DNA of 64,000 nt from Eledone cirrhosa. Taxonomy: Eukaryota. The notes under the pieces are model-generated. The model worked only from the letters and a program-made list of their open reading frames with translations, made no database searches and was not told where the DNA came from. Numbering within the stretch: the first letter of the stretch is position 1; every line of letters starts with the position of its first letter. Below are positions 39,421 to 52,013 of the stretch, piece after piece. Made by a program: the position numbers and the translations under genes. The stretch is from NCBI GenBank assembly GCA_964016885.1, contig OZ024752.1, positions 20,026,001 through 20,090,000 on the forward strand, read 5' to 3'.

Positions 39421-39700
39421 AAACGGAAAATATGAAACGAAATTTCATTTCTCACTCTTAGTACGGCTGTTACTTAAATATAAATATGTATATGTACATA
39501 CATATATGTATACAGACGTACAGTAGTATGTATATATATATACACATACATGCACACATTTACATATGTACGTATGGATTCACCGTATTCAACAAATGAG
39601 CAACGATGGTTGCTAGACACTACGGCTTAATTCGGGATGTTTGTTTACAAACACACCGAGCATTATAATAAATGTTTGGTGAATCCATACGTACATATAT
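39421..39700. mobile_element. Internally inverted copy of the 17311 element family
   Basis: 39421-39583 matches 17311-17468; 39587-39698 matches the reverse complement of ~17450-17570. Confidence 0.8.
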
Positions 39701-42543
39701 AGACTTCTAGAATTCTGCGACGCCAATGACATGTCGATATGTAACACAAACTTTAAAAAACCCGACAACCACCTGATCACCTATAGATCAGGGGAGCACT
39801 CTAGTCAGTTAGATTTTATCCTCATCAGAGGACGTGACAGATGGACGGTCGTAAACACAAAAGCCTTCCCTAGTGAGGAATGTACATCCCAACATAGCTT
39901 AGTTGTCAGCGACCTCACGGTCAGAACTAGACGAGCCCTGAAACAGAGGCCAACCTGGAGAAGAAAGATCTGGAAGCTGAAAGTCCCCTCAACCAGTAAC
40001 AGATTTAAAGATATTTTACTCAACGCCTACGACAGTAAAGAAGAACAGATAGAGACATTTAACGTAGAAGAGAACTGGGAGTTCCTAAAAAATAACTTAC
40101 TAGAGGCGACGGATGAGGTTTGTGGCTGGAGTAAGACCTCAAGCAGGAGGAGAGTGACTTGGTGGTGGAACAATAAGGTAGATGAAGCAGTCAAGGCCAA
40201 GAGACAGGCATGGAAAGAATGGAAGAACGGGGGGAGCAGGGTACATTACATAGAGACCAAGAGGGAAGCTAGGCGACAAGTATACTTAGCTAGGAGGGAA
40301 GCAGAGGATAGAAAATTCAAGCATGTTTTACAACGTGAGGACCAGAAACAGGAGGTATTCAAGATTGCGAGGCAGTGTGTCAGAGATAGTTGTGATGTCA
40401 TTGGAGAGAAGTGTATCCGGAATGATAAAGGTGAGCTTGCCCTCACAAGTGCTGAGAAGAAAGATGCATGGAAGAGTCATTATGATAGATTACTAAATGA
40501 GGAGAATGCATGGGAAGAAGAGACCCTACCCCACGTAGACCCTATAGAGGGACCAGCAGTACAAGTCAGCGGCAGCGTAGTAAGTAAGGCAATCAGAGAT
40601 ATGAAGATAGGGAAGGCAACCGGTCCATCGGGTATAGCTGCCGAGATGCTGAAGGCATCTGGGTCTGTAGGTCACACTATAACCACACGTATCGTTAACC
40701 AGGTAATACTAGAGGGGGCCATACCAAAAGATTGGTGCAGTAGCATCATTGTCAACTGCTACAAAGGTAAAGGCGATGCACTAGATAGAGGAAACTATAG
40801 AGGTATAAAGTTGATGGACCAGGTCATGAAAGTAACAGAAAGAGTTATAGCACAGCTGATTAGGGACCGGGTGAATATAGACGAGATGCAATTTGGGTTT
40901 GTTCCAGGGAAAGGCACCACTGATGCGCTCTTCCTTGTGAGGCAATTACAGGAAAAGTACCTAGCTAAAAGTAAGCCACTCTACTTGGCATTTGTCGACC
41001 TTGAGAAAGCCTTTGACAGAGTTCCACGTGCAGTAATCTGGTGGGCTCTTAGAAAACTAGGAGTAGATGAATGGCTTGTGAAAGCGGTACAAGCCATGTA
41101 TAGGGGAGCAGTCAGCAAAGTTAGGATTGGCAATGAGTATAGCGAGGAATTTAGCGTACAGGTTGGGGTCCACCAGGGCTCTGTTCTTAGCCCTCTCCTG
41201 TTCATCATAGTCCTGCAGGCAATAACGGAGGAGTTTAAGACCGGATGCCCATGGGAACTCCTGTATGCTGATGACCTCGCACTCATAGCTGAATCTATGG
41301 TAGAACTAGAGAATAAATTCCAAACCTGGAAGCAGGGACTAGAGAGAAAGGGCCTCAAAGTCAACATGACAAAGACTAAGGTCCTTATAAGTAGACGAGA
41401 AAACAGAACCCAGATCCCCTCAGGGAAATGGCCTTGCTCAGTATGTAGGAAAGGTGTAGGTAGGAACTCCATTCTTTGCCCCAAATGCAAACAATGGGTA
41501 CACAAGAGATGTAGCGGGATCTCAGGAAGCTTAATTAAGAATGTAGGATTCACATGCAGCAGCTGTGCTGAAACAGCAAGCAAACAGCCACAGGAAACAA
41601 GTACCACCAATCTCTGGGAGGGCCCTGTAGAAACAGTAGACAGCTTCTGCTACCTAGGTGACCGAATTAGCAACGGAGGTGGGTGCTCAGAAAGTACAAT
41701 AACTAGGGTAAGAACGGGATGGAAGAAGTTTAGGGAACTACTACCACTGCTAGCTGCAAAAGGCTTCTCCCTCAGAATGAAAGGCAGACTGTATGATGCG
41801 TGTATCCGAACAGCGATGTTGCATGGTAGTGAGACCTGGGCGCTGAAGGTGGAAGACTTACGTAGATTAGAGAGAAACGAAGCCTGCATGCTCCGATGGA
41901 TGTGTAACAGTAATATACGTGAACGACAAAGCATAAATGAATTGAGAGAGAGACTGAGCATAAGAGGAATCAAATGCTGCGTGCAGGAGAGGCGGTTACG
42001 CTGGTATGGACATGTGATGCGTATGAAGGATGACAGCTGCATAAAAAGGTGCAGAGCACTAGAAGTTGATGGAAACCGCGGAGTGGGGAGACCCAAGATG
42101 ACTTGGGATGAGGTGATAAAAGCCGACCTTACCCAACTACACCTCTCAAAGTCAATGACACACGACCGTGACTTCTGGCGTCACGCAGTAATACAGGGTA
42201 CCCGACCTCCCATGGGTACATGCTGAAGCATATAAACAATATGCCCCCCCCCCCCCCCCCCCCCCACCGCAAGGTGGTCGTGGAGGTGCCACGGCAAAAA
42301 AGCACCCAGCCCACACTGTAAAGTGGACGTGTAGGCGCCACGAAAAAGCACCCAGCACTCACTGTAAATGAGGTTGGTGTTAGGAAGGGCATCCAGCTGT
42401 AGAAATCAAGCCAGATCAGTTCCTGTATGAGCAAGGCATGGTCAGCCGACCAGACACTGCCCACAACAGGACAACCCGTCTAACCCATGCTAGCGTGGAA
42501 GAACGGACGTAAAACGGTGATGATGATGATGATGATGATGATG
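39701..42543 (+). mobile_element. RTE-clade LINE family A, 5'-truncated, young
   Basis: Single ORF, ~290-bp 3' UTR and (GAT)n tail. Confidence 0.96.
39731..42226 (+). CDS. RTE ORF: C-terminal AP endonuclease + reverse transcriptase + PHD-like finger
   Basis: SQLDFILI/SQHSLVV (APE end), [48 protein letters not shown]; frame open from 39701, N-terminus lost to truncation. Confidence 0.95.
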   Translation: MSICNTNFKKPDNHLITYRSGEHSSQLDFILIRGRDRWTVVNTKAFPSEECTSQHSLVVSDLTVRTRRALKQRPTWRRKIWKLKVPSTSNRFKDILLNAYDSKEEQIETFNVEENWEFLKNNLLEATDEVCGWSKTSSRRRVTWWWNNKVDEAVKAKRQAWKEWKNGGSRVHYIETKREARRQVYLARREAEDRKFKHVLQREDQKQEVFKIARQCVRDSCDVIGEKCIRNDKGELALTSAEKKDAWKSHYDRLLNEENAWEEETLPHVDPIEGPAVQVSGSVVSKAIRDMKIGKATGPSGIAAEMLKASGSVGHTITTRIVNQVILEGAIPKDWCSSIIVNCYKGKGDALDRGNYRGIKLMDQVMKVTERVIAQLIRDRVNIDEMQFGFVPGKGTTDALFLVRQLQEKYLAKSKPLYLAFVDLEKAFDRVPRAVIWWALRKLGVDEWLVKAVQAMYRGAVSKVRIGNEYSEEFSVQVGVHQGSVLSPLLFIIVLQAITEEFKTGCPWELLYADDLALIAESMVELENKFQTWKQGLERKGLKVNMTKTKVLISRRENRTQIPSGKWPCSVCRKGVGRNSILCPKCKQWVHKRCSGISGSLIKNVGFTCSSCAETASKQPQETSTTNLWEGPVETVDSFCYLGDRISNGGGCSESTITRVRTGWKKFRELLPLLAAKGFSLRMKGRLYDACIRTAMLHGSETWALKVEDLRRLERNEACMLRWMCNSNIRERQSINELRERLSIRGIKCCVQERRLRWYGHVMRMKDDSCIKRCRALEVDGNRGVGRPKMTWDEVIKADLTQLHLSKSMTHDRDFWRHAVIQGTRPPMGTC

Positions 42544-42606
42544 TGTACATGTATGTATATATATATACATACTACTGTATGTCTGTATACATATATGTAT
42601 GTACGT

Positions 42607-45203
42607 ATCATCATCATCGTTTAACGTCCATCTTCCATGCTTGCATGGGTTTGGACGGGAGTTTTCCCACTTGAGGCAAGATTGGTTGTCCTGCTCGTAT
42701 AGGGCTATCTGGCGGGTTTTCTACGGCTGGATGCCCTTCCTAACACCAACCACGTTTACAATGTGGACTGGGAGGTTTTTACCGTGTTACCTACACGGCC
42801 ACATTACAGCGTGGACTGTGTGTTTTTTTGTCGTGTCACCTACACGACCTCATTTGTTTCGGACTGGATGTTGTGGTACCAACATACTTCACATTTAAGG
42901 GGGTGGTGTGGATGGGGTGGGGGTAGTGGGACGGGGGTGTATTTTGTTAGAGGTGCCTACTGACTGTATGTTTCGCTTTGTACTTAGGCAAGGCGGGTCT
43001 TCTGTATAACTGTGTAGCGCCAAAGATCTCGGTCCAGTGACATTGTCTTGGAGAGGTGTAAGTGTGTGAAGTCGGAATTTATCAAGTCGTCCCAGGTTTT
43101 TCTGGGTCTGCCTACTCCGTGGCTACCGTCTATTTTTATCGCCCTGCACTTTTTTATACAGCTGTCGTCTTTCATGCGCATCACGTGACCGTACCAACGT
43201 AGTCTTCTCTTGAGTAAACAACATCTGATCCCTCTTATTCCTAATTTCTCCCTTAGTTCGTTTATGCTTTGCCGTTCACGTATATTACTATTACACATCC
43301 AGTGGAGCATGCAAGCTTCGTTTCTCTCCAGTCTGCGTATATCCTCTGCACACAATGCCCATGTCTTAATGCCATGTAACATTGCTGTTCGTATGCAGGC
43401 ATCATACAGCCTGCCTTTCATTTTGAGAGAGAACCCTTTAGCGGCCAATAGTGGTATAAGCTCTCTGAACTTTTTCCATCCCGTTCTGACTCTAGCTACT
43501 CTACTTTCAGAGCACCCTCCCCCACTGCTGATTTTGTCACCCAGGTAACGGAAGGTGTCCACTATTTCTATAGAACCGTCTGTGCAATGGAATGAGCTAG
43601 TATTCTGTGGGCACTTGCTGCTACTTATTGCACCAGAACACCGGCCACATATAAAATCTATATTCTTAGTTAGCTTACCTGTGATCCCACTACATCTTTT
43701 ATGCACCCACACTTTGCATTTGGGACATAAAATGGAGTTTCTGCCTACTCCTTTCCTACACACTGAGCATGGCCATTTCCCAGATGGGACCGGTGCCCTA
43801 TTTTCCTTCCTACAAACTAGAACTTTAGTCTTAGACAAGTTAACTTTAAGGCCTTTTGATTCTAGGCCATGCTTCCATGTTTGGAATTTGTTCTCTAGTT
43901 CGGCCATTGATTTAGCTATGAGCGTTAGATCATCTGCATATAGGAGTTCCCATGGGCAGCCGGTCTTGAACTCCTCTGTTATAGCTTGAAGGGCAATAAT
44001 AAATAGTAGGGGCTAAGAACGGAGCCCTGATGAACACCAACTTTTACGCTAAACTCTTCACTATATTCGTTGTTAATTCTAACCTTGCTGGCTGTTTCTT
44101 TATACATGGCTTGTATAGCTCTCACAAGCCATTCATCAACACCTAGTTTTCTAAGAGCCCACCAGATAATGGAGCTGGGGACTCTGTCAAAGGCTTTCTC
44201 CAAGTCAACAAAAGCTAAGTATAGGGTTTACTTTTAGCTAGGTACTTCTCCTGTAGTTGTCGTACAATGAAAAGAGCGTCTGTGGTACTTTTACCTGACA
44301 CAAACCCGAACTGCATTTCATCTAGATCAATTCGTTCTCTGATTAGTTGCGCTATTACTTTTTCTGTGACCTTCATGACCTGGTCGATTAATTTAATGTC
44401 TCTATAGTTACCCCTATCTAAGGCATCTCCTTTACCCTTGTAGCAGTTAATGATGATGCTGCTACGCCAGTCCTTCGGAATGGCCCCATTCTGTATGACT
44501 TGGTTTACTTTCCGGGTGACCATAGTGTGTCCCACCGTTCCGGATGCTTTCAGCATTTCAGCAACTATTTCCGAAGGCCCAGCCGTCTTACCCATCTTCA
44601 TATCTTTGATTGCCTTACTTATTATACTACCTTCGACTAACACTGCTGGTCCCTCTATTGGATCGATGTGGGGGAGACTGTCTTTCTCCCATTTATTCTC
44701 CTCATTTAGTAGCCTTTCGTAGTGACACTTCCAAGCTACCTTCTTATCAAGGTCAGTGATGGCAAGTATACCATCATCATTAAGGACACACTTCTCCCCG
44801 ACAATATCACGGTTTTCCTTGACACCTTGCCTAGCAATCCTGAACACCTCACGTTTTTGGTCCTCGCGTTGTAGAACATGCTTGAACTTTCTTTCCTCTG
44901 CTTCCCTTCTTGCGAAGTACACTTGTCTCCTATGTTTCCTCCTGGCCACTTGATACCCTTCTCTACCTCCCCCATCCCGCCATACTTTCCAAGCCTGCTT
45001 TTTGGCCTTAATTGACTCCTCCACCTTACTGTTCCACCACCACGTTACTCTCCTCCTACCTATAGGCCTGCTCCAGCCACAGACTCCATCTGTCTCCTTC
45101 AGCAGGTTAGCTTTCAGGAATTCCCATTGTTCCTCTATATTGTACGACTCTAATTGCTCTTCCTTACTGTCGAAAGCATCAAGTAATATGCTTTTAAATT
45201 TAA
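42607..45203 (-). mobile_element. RTE LINE family B, 5'-truncated, frameshifted
   Basis: ORF pieces 44215-45024, 43979-44203 and 42984-43907; (ATC)n tail at 42607. Confidence 0.95.
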
Positions 45204-45232
45204 GTATACATACTTTTAAGTATACATACTTA

Positions 45233-45264
<32 letters not shown>

Positions 45265-45267
<3 letters not shown>

Positions 45268-45678
45268 TGGCTGCCAACTCGTTTTCGAGTACGGCCACTA
45301 CTTTATATCCATGTAGGAGAACCCCTACCGATGCACTGAACAAGTGTGACTTTTTAGTCCAGCCAGCGACTTGAAAACTCTGGGACAAACACTACACTTG
45401 TGACAATTATTAACACATAGTGCTGGGCCCATGGTACCATGTGACGACAAGTGCAGAGAGATCTCCAGATATAAAGCAATGCCTGTGCTGTGATGCTTTT
45501 ATAGTGAGCAAAGGCACTGCACAAAGCCAGTCCCACTCTCTTAACCAAGATGGTATTTACCAAAAAGAAGAACAAGTCAACATCATTGGATACTATCAGG
45601 GTTGCAGGTGTTACATCAGAGTTTTCTTTCTCCTAGAATTCTGCCTTGACAAAGGCTAAGGGGTCATCTCTCCCGGAT
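45265..45678. mobile_element. Unclassified retroelement UTR-like fragment between (TA)n tracts
   Basis: GC-richer block bounded by (TA)n; end resembles a LINE-derived terminus; family not identified. Confidence 0.3.
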
Positions 45679-45695
45679 ATATATATATATATATT

Positions 45696-46330
45696 GGAAA
45701 ATGTGTGTAATCCTTGGTACAGTTAGGTATATTAAGACAGGGGGGAAGAAAAAATGGCTTCACTTGTGCTTTCAACAAATTTATTTTCTTCACAAAATCC
45801 CAAAAGAATTTTTTTCCGGATTAGAACATTTTTTTTCTTTTTTTCCTTAAAAAAATTATTTTATAAATTAAGTTGTTGGTTGTTGGTTAGGTCTTAGGAG
45901 TTCTTGGTTAACGCAGGAGGTATTGTTTCGTTTTTAGAACGACCTTTCACGCTGAGGTGCGCTTGTCAAACTGATGTGTATGTGGTGTGTTGTTCTATAT
46001 ATAGGGATTTAACATGTATGTGGTGTGGTGGGGGTTTCTTTTCTCCCCCTTTAATAAGTGTATGGGTGTAGGTGTGTTGAAAAAGTGTTAATAGCAGTAA
46101 TGAGTTGAGACGGTGAGTAGGGTTGGGTGGGGAGAAATGTAGCAAGTGCGGCCTGCCCCAGTCATTCTCGAAAAATTCCTTTATTCAGGGGAAAAAGCTT
46201 TTAGTATTCCTTTTGTGTTGAGAATGGTCACAGGCAAATCGCACCTGTCAAGTTTGTGAATAATTATTTTTTTCCTTTTTTTTCTGAAGAATTTTTCTAC
46301 GTCCATCCCAAAGTTAGTCCTTTGTTCAAC
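45696..46330 (-). mobile_element. Highly decayed Penelope-like element 3' end (GIY-YIG C-terminus + terminal repeat)
   Basis: Frameshifted DRCDL-CL..LNK..RH pattern at ~46145-46330; decayed core gtcgttctaaaaacGAAAcaata; ~290 bp recurs inverted at 49818-50110. Confidence 0.55.
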
Positions 46331-46540
46331 ACACACATATGTGCGTATATACGTACATACACACACGGGCATATGTAGGAATATATAGGCACACACTATC
46401 AATCACACACCCATGTACAAATACATCCACATACATACACAAAAACATATAGAGACACATATAAAAACACACATACACATATGTACACACACGAATATGT
46501 ACTCATACCTCCACATGGGTATATATACATATATATATAT

Positions 46541-48309
46541 CATCATCATCATCATCATCATCATCAACGTTTAACGTCCGTGTTCCACGCTTGCATGGGT
46601 TTGGACGGGGGTAGTCCCACTTGAGGCAAGAGTGATTGTCTTGCTCGCATAGGACTGTCTGGCAGGTTTTCTACAGTTGGATGCCCTTCCTAACACCAAC
46701 CACATTTACAGTGTGGGTCTGGGAGGTTTTTACCGTGTTGCCTACACGGCCACATTACAGCGTGGACTGTGTGTTTTTGTCGTGACACCTACACGATCTC
46801 ATTTGTTTCGGCCTCGATGGCGCGGCACCAACATAACTTTACATAGAACGGTGTGGTGTGGATGGGGTGGGGGTGGTGGTGGTGGGACGGGGTGTATTTT
46901 GTTAGAGATGCCTACTGGCTGGAGTAGGTTTTACTATATATTTAGGTAAGGCGGGTCTTCTCTGTTACTGAGTACCGCCAAAGGTCTCGGTCCAGTGACA
47001 TTGTCTTGGAGAGGTGTAAGTGTGTGATGTCGGAGTTTATCAGCTCGTCCCAGGTTTTTCTAGGTCTGCCTATTCCGTGACTACCGTCTATCTTTATTGC
47101 CCTGCACTTTGTTATACAGCTATCGACTTTCATGTGCATCACGTGTCCATACCAACGTAGCCTTCTCTCGAGTAAACAACATCTGATCCCTCTTATCTCT
47201 AATTTTTTCCTTAGTTCGTTTATGCTTTGCCGTTCACGTATATTACTGTTACACATCCAGCGGAGCATGCAAGCTTCGTTTCTCTCCAGTCTGCGTATAT
47301 CCTCTGCACACAATGCCCAGGTCTCACTGCCGTGCAGCATTGCTGTTCGTATGCAGGCATCGTACAACCTGCCTTTCATTTTTAGTGAGAACCCTTTAGC
47401 AGCTAATAGTGGTATAAGCTCTCTGAACTTTTTCCAACCAGTTCTGACTCTAGCTACAGTACTTTCAGAGCACCCTCCCCCACTGCTGATTTTATCGCCC
47501 AGGTAACGGAAGCTGTCCACTATTTCTATAGAGCCCTCTGCGCAATTGAAAGAGCTAGTATTTTGTGGGCACTTGCTGCTACTTATTGCACCAGAGCACC
47601 GGCCACATGTAAAATCTATGTTCTTAGTTAGCTTACCTGTGATCCCACTACATCTTTTATGCACCCATACTTTGCATTTAGGACATAAAATGGAGTTTCT
47701 ACCTACGCCTTTCCTACACACCGAGCACGACCATTTCCCAGAAGGGACCGCCGCCTTGTTTTCTTTCCTACAAACTAGTACTTTGGTCTTAGCCAGGTTA
47801 ATTTTAAGTCCTTTTGACTCTAGGCCGTGCTTCCATGTTTGGAATTTCTTCTCTAGCTCGGCCATTGATTCCGCTATGAGTGTCAGGTCGTCTGCGTATA
47901 GGAGTTCCCATGGGCAGCCTGTCTTGAACTCCTCTGTTATAGCCTGAAGGGCAATAATAAATAGTAGTGGGCTGAGAACAGAGCCCTGATGGACGCCAAC
48001 TTTTACGCTAAACTCTTCACTATATTCGTTGTTAATTCTAACCTTGCTGACTGTTTCTTTATACATGGCTTGTATAGCCCTCACAAGCCATTCGTCAACG
48101 CCTAGTTTTCTAAGAGCCCACCAGATAATGGAGCGGGGGACTCTGTCGAAGGCTTTCTCCAAGTCGACAAAAGCTAAGTAGAGGGGTTTACCTTTAGCTA
48201 GGTACTTCTCCTGTAGTTGTCGTACTATGAAAAGAGCGTCTGTGGTACTTTTGCCTGACACAAACCCGAACTGCATTTCATCTAGGTCAATTCTCTCTCT
48301 GATTAGTTG

Positions 48310-48310
<1 letters not shown>
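46541..48310 (-). mobile_element. RTE LINE family B, 5'-truncated, frame intact 46942-48310
   Basis: RT motifs through YADD, PHD-like finger, 3' UTR and (ATC)n tail; the ORF-track N-terminus is microsatellite. Confidence 0.95.
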
Positions 48311-48353
<43 letters not shown>

Positions 48354-48493
48354 CATATACATATACACACACATACACACACACATATATATATACACAC
48401 ATATATATATATATATATACATACATATACATACATACATACATATACACACATAAAGATACATAACTAAATATACATATATACACATACACG

Positions 48494-48526
<33 letters not shown>

Positions 48527-48662
48527 GCACGTGTATACACACACACACACACACACCCACACACATATTCATATGTCCGTATATATACCTCCGTTCACAC
48601 ATACATGCATACACACACACACACATACATCTATATATACATACACATATAGAGAGAGGCAT

Positions 48663-48708
<46 letters not shown>

Positions 48709-48899
48709 ACATATACATATACATATATGTACACATAAACACATACAGACACATACACACATATACACATACATATACACATACATATATATCTATATAT
48801 ATATACACATACATATACACATATATATATACACATACATACACATACATATACACATACAAGTACATACATACACACATACATATATACACATACATG

Positions 48900-48953
<54 letters not shown>

Positions 48954-49053
48954 CACATATATACACATACACACACATACATACACACATACACATATAC
49001 ATACATATATGCGTACACACGAGCACATAAAGACACATATATACATACATATA
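48310..49053. repeat. Compound (CA)n/(TA)n/(TACA)n microsatellite
   Basis: Low-complexity dinucleotide mix. Confidence 0.95.
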
Positions 49054-49603
49054 TCATCATCACCATCATCATCATCACCGTTTTACGTCCGTTCTTCCAC
49101 GCTAGCATGGGTTAGACGGGTTGTCCTGTTGTGCGCAGTGTCTGGTCGGCTGACCATGCCTTGCTCATACAGGAACTGATCTGGCTTGATTTCTACAGCT
49201 GGATGCCCTTCCTAACACCAACCTCATTTACAGTGTGGGCTGGGTGCTTTTTTGCCGTGGCACCTCCACGACCACCTTGCGGTGGGATGTGTGGGGGCAT
49301 ATTGTTTATATGCTTCAGCATGTACCCATGGGAGGTCGGGTACTCTGTATTACTGCGTGACGCCAGAAGTCACGGTCGTGTGTCATTGTCTTTGAGAGGT
49401 GTAATTGGGTAAGGTCGGCTTTTATCACCTCATCCCAGGTCATCTTGGGTCTCCCCACTCCGCGGTTTCCATCAACTTCTAGTGCTCTGCACCTTTTTAT
49501 GCAGCTGTCATCCTTCATACGCATCACATGTCCATACCAGCGCAACCGCCTCTCCTGCACACAGCATTTGATTCCTCTTATGCTCAGTCTCTCTCTCAAT
49601 TCA
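49054..49603 (-). mobile_element. RTE LINE family A, 3' fragment
   Basis: Near-identical reverse complement of ~41937-42540 with a 3' UTR indel. Confidence 0.95.
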
Positions 49604-49817
49604 TGTATGTATATATATATATATATATATAGATATATATACACATACATCTACATACATACATACATATACACATACAGAAACATACACATATGTACAC
49701 ACATGTATACATACACATATGTACACATATGTACACACATATATACATATATGCACATACATACACACACACACATATATATAGGTACATACATACACAC
49801 ACACATATATAAACATA

Positions 49818-50110
49818 TACATGTTAAATCCCTATATATAGAACAACACACCACATACACATCAGTTTGACAAGCGCACCTCAGCGTGAAAGGTCGTTCT
49901 AAAAACGAAACAATACCTCCTGCGTTAACCAAGAACTCCTAAGACCTAACCAACAACCAACAACTTAATTTATAAAATAATTTTTTTAAGGAAGAAAAAA
50001 AAAAAAATTTTTTTTCTAATCCGGAAAAAAATTCTTTTGGGATTTTGTGAAGAAAATAAATTTGTTAAAAGCACAAGTGAAGCCATTTTTTCTTCCCCCC
50101 TGTCTTAATA
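49818..50110 (+). repeat. Inverted copy of 45728-46020
   Basis: Near-identical reverse complement, differing mainly in homopolymer runs. Confidence 0.9.
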
Positions 50111-50227
50111 TATATATATATATACACATATATATATATATAGATATATATACCCATGCAAGCATGGAAAAGTGGACGTAAAAACGATGATGACGATGAT
50201 GATGATGATGATATATATATATATATA

Positions 50228-50346
50228 TTAAAATAACAGATTAAAGTTTAAGCAAAGAATCGCTGCTTTCACCCTTAACGGGATCTTCTGAATTATCCTT
50301 ATCAAGCCCTCTTTGGATTTTAGTCTTCGCATTTATTATTATTACT
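50228..50346. mobile_element. Truncated, inverted copy of the CAGAWGA hammerhead family
   Basis: Minus strand ttCAGAAGAtcccgttaagggtGAAAgcagcgattctttgcTTaaactttaatctgt joined to the plus-strand 3' end; (TA)n on both sides. Confidence 0.72.
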
Positions 50347-50409
50347 ATATATATATATCAAGTTGAAGATAGAAATGGCTTCTACAGGACAAGAACTGTT
50401 TCATTCAAA

Positions 50410-50985
50410 AGAAATCATCAAGAAAGCTTGCATGGGTTGGACAGGTCATTTTCTGTACAGCATCTCTCCCTTGTTGCGGTCCTTTGTCATCTCCTCTGTG
50501 ATCTTCAGCAATTTGAGATCAGCTCCCACCACTTCCATCCAGGTCTTCCTTGGTCTTCTTATACTGCAGCTTCCTTCCACTGGGATTACTTAAAACTTCT
50601 TCACTCAGCAATCATCATCCATGCACATCACATGTCCATACCAACACAGTCTTTTCTCCTGAACATTACATTTCATTCCTCTTGTAGTGACCTACATTCC
50701 GAGGGCTCATGGATACATTCTCCGTACGTTGTTTGGCTCAGTTCAGCCAATCGCTATCAGCGTAGGAGAATGTATCTCGACTTCTGCCCAGAGGGAAAAA
50801 TTCCCGCAGCGATTCAAAAATCGCTCTCTTGCTGCTTTAGACTCTGAAAGGTGAACATGCAATCATGTAACGGTGAGATTTTCCCTCTGGGCGGAAGTCG
50901 AGATACCTAGTTTTTATTTTTAAGTTCATCCATGCTTTTTCATTCTCACACATTAACCTTGCACATCCATCAAAGCATAATTGCT
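50410..50985 (-). pseudogene. Old RTE 3' relic interrupted by a hairpin-rich insertion (~50685-50910)
   Basis: Minus strand QEKRLCWYGHVMCMDDD..RRPRKTWMEVV; RTE-like sequence resumes at ~50920. Confidence 0.7.
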
Positions 50986-51516
50986 GCCCTATGGAAAATG
51001 TAGTATCTACATGTAATGAAATGTTTTATAATATAGGTGTTGCAGCCCAGCCTTTTTTAAGAGCAGATTCTATAATCATGTCTCCTTTAAGAATATTAAA
51101 AGAAAATGAAATACATCACTCACATGGCTTTTATAGAAACTTACAGTAAAAACCAAAACGTACTCATTAAGCTGGTTTATAATTTGAACTATTAAACCCA
51201 ACAGGGGTGGCAAAGAAGAATACAGACTATGTTACCAACCTGGCTAAAATTGGTTCAGGTTCTATGGAATAAAACCACCCATTTTAAACGTTTCCCATTT
51301 AAATGTAAATCTTCCAACATAATTTTATATCAGATACTTGCATTAAGTTACTATCTTAGTAATGAAATAATTAATCATTTTAGTAAATCACTCAAAATTC
51401 TTCATTAATTCATTAAAATAGGGCGTATTTCATTAGAAATGTGGCCATGAAAGGGTTAAACGAAAGTTAAGAAACAATAAGACACAACATAGGTTTAATC
51501 AAGAAATGGAGTAACA

Positions 51517-52013
51517 TGTTGTTGTTGTTGTTGTTGTTACTGCTGTTGTTGTTACTATTGTTGTTGTTGTTGTTACTGCTGCTGTTGTTGTTACTGCTGT
51601 TGTTGTTACTGCTGTTGTTGTTACTGTTGTTGTTGTTATTGTTGTTACTGCTGTTGTTGTTGTTACTGCTGTTGTTGTTACTGCTGTTGTTGTTACTATT
51701 GTTGTTGTTGTTGTTACTGCTGCTGTTGTTGTTACTGCTGTTGTTGTTACTGCTGTTGTTGTTACTGTTGTTGTTGTTATTGTTGTTACTGCTGTTGTTG
51801 TTGTTACTGCTGTTGTTGTTACTGCTGTTGTTGTTACTGTTGTTGTTGTTACTGATGTTGTTGTTATTGCTGCTATTGATGTTGTTATTGCTGTTGTTGC
51901 TGTGGTTTTTGTTATTGTTGCAGCTGTTGTTGTTACTTCTCTTGATGTTGCTGCTGCTGTTGATGTTGCTGCTGCTGCTGTTGTCGCTGCAACTGTTGTT
52001 GTTGTTGTTGTTG
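51517..52013. repeat. (TGT/CTG/TTA)n trinucleotide microsatellite
   Basis: Source of the poly-L ORF. Confidence 0.95.

Noticed and set aside
40981-42096. Antisense ORFs over the RTE (and over the Helitron helicase)
   Set aside because: Shadow frames of the coding strand with no motifs.
48303-49115. Cys/Val/Tyr-rich and His/Thr-rich ORFs, including the N-terminus of the 540-aa ORF
   Set aside because: Dinucleotide repeats fused by chance to a truncated LINE frame.
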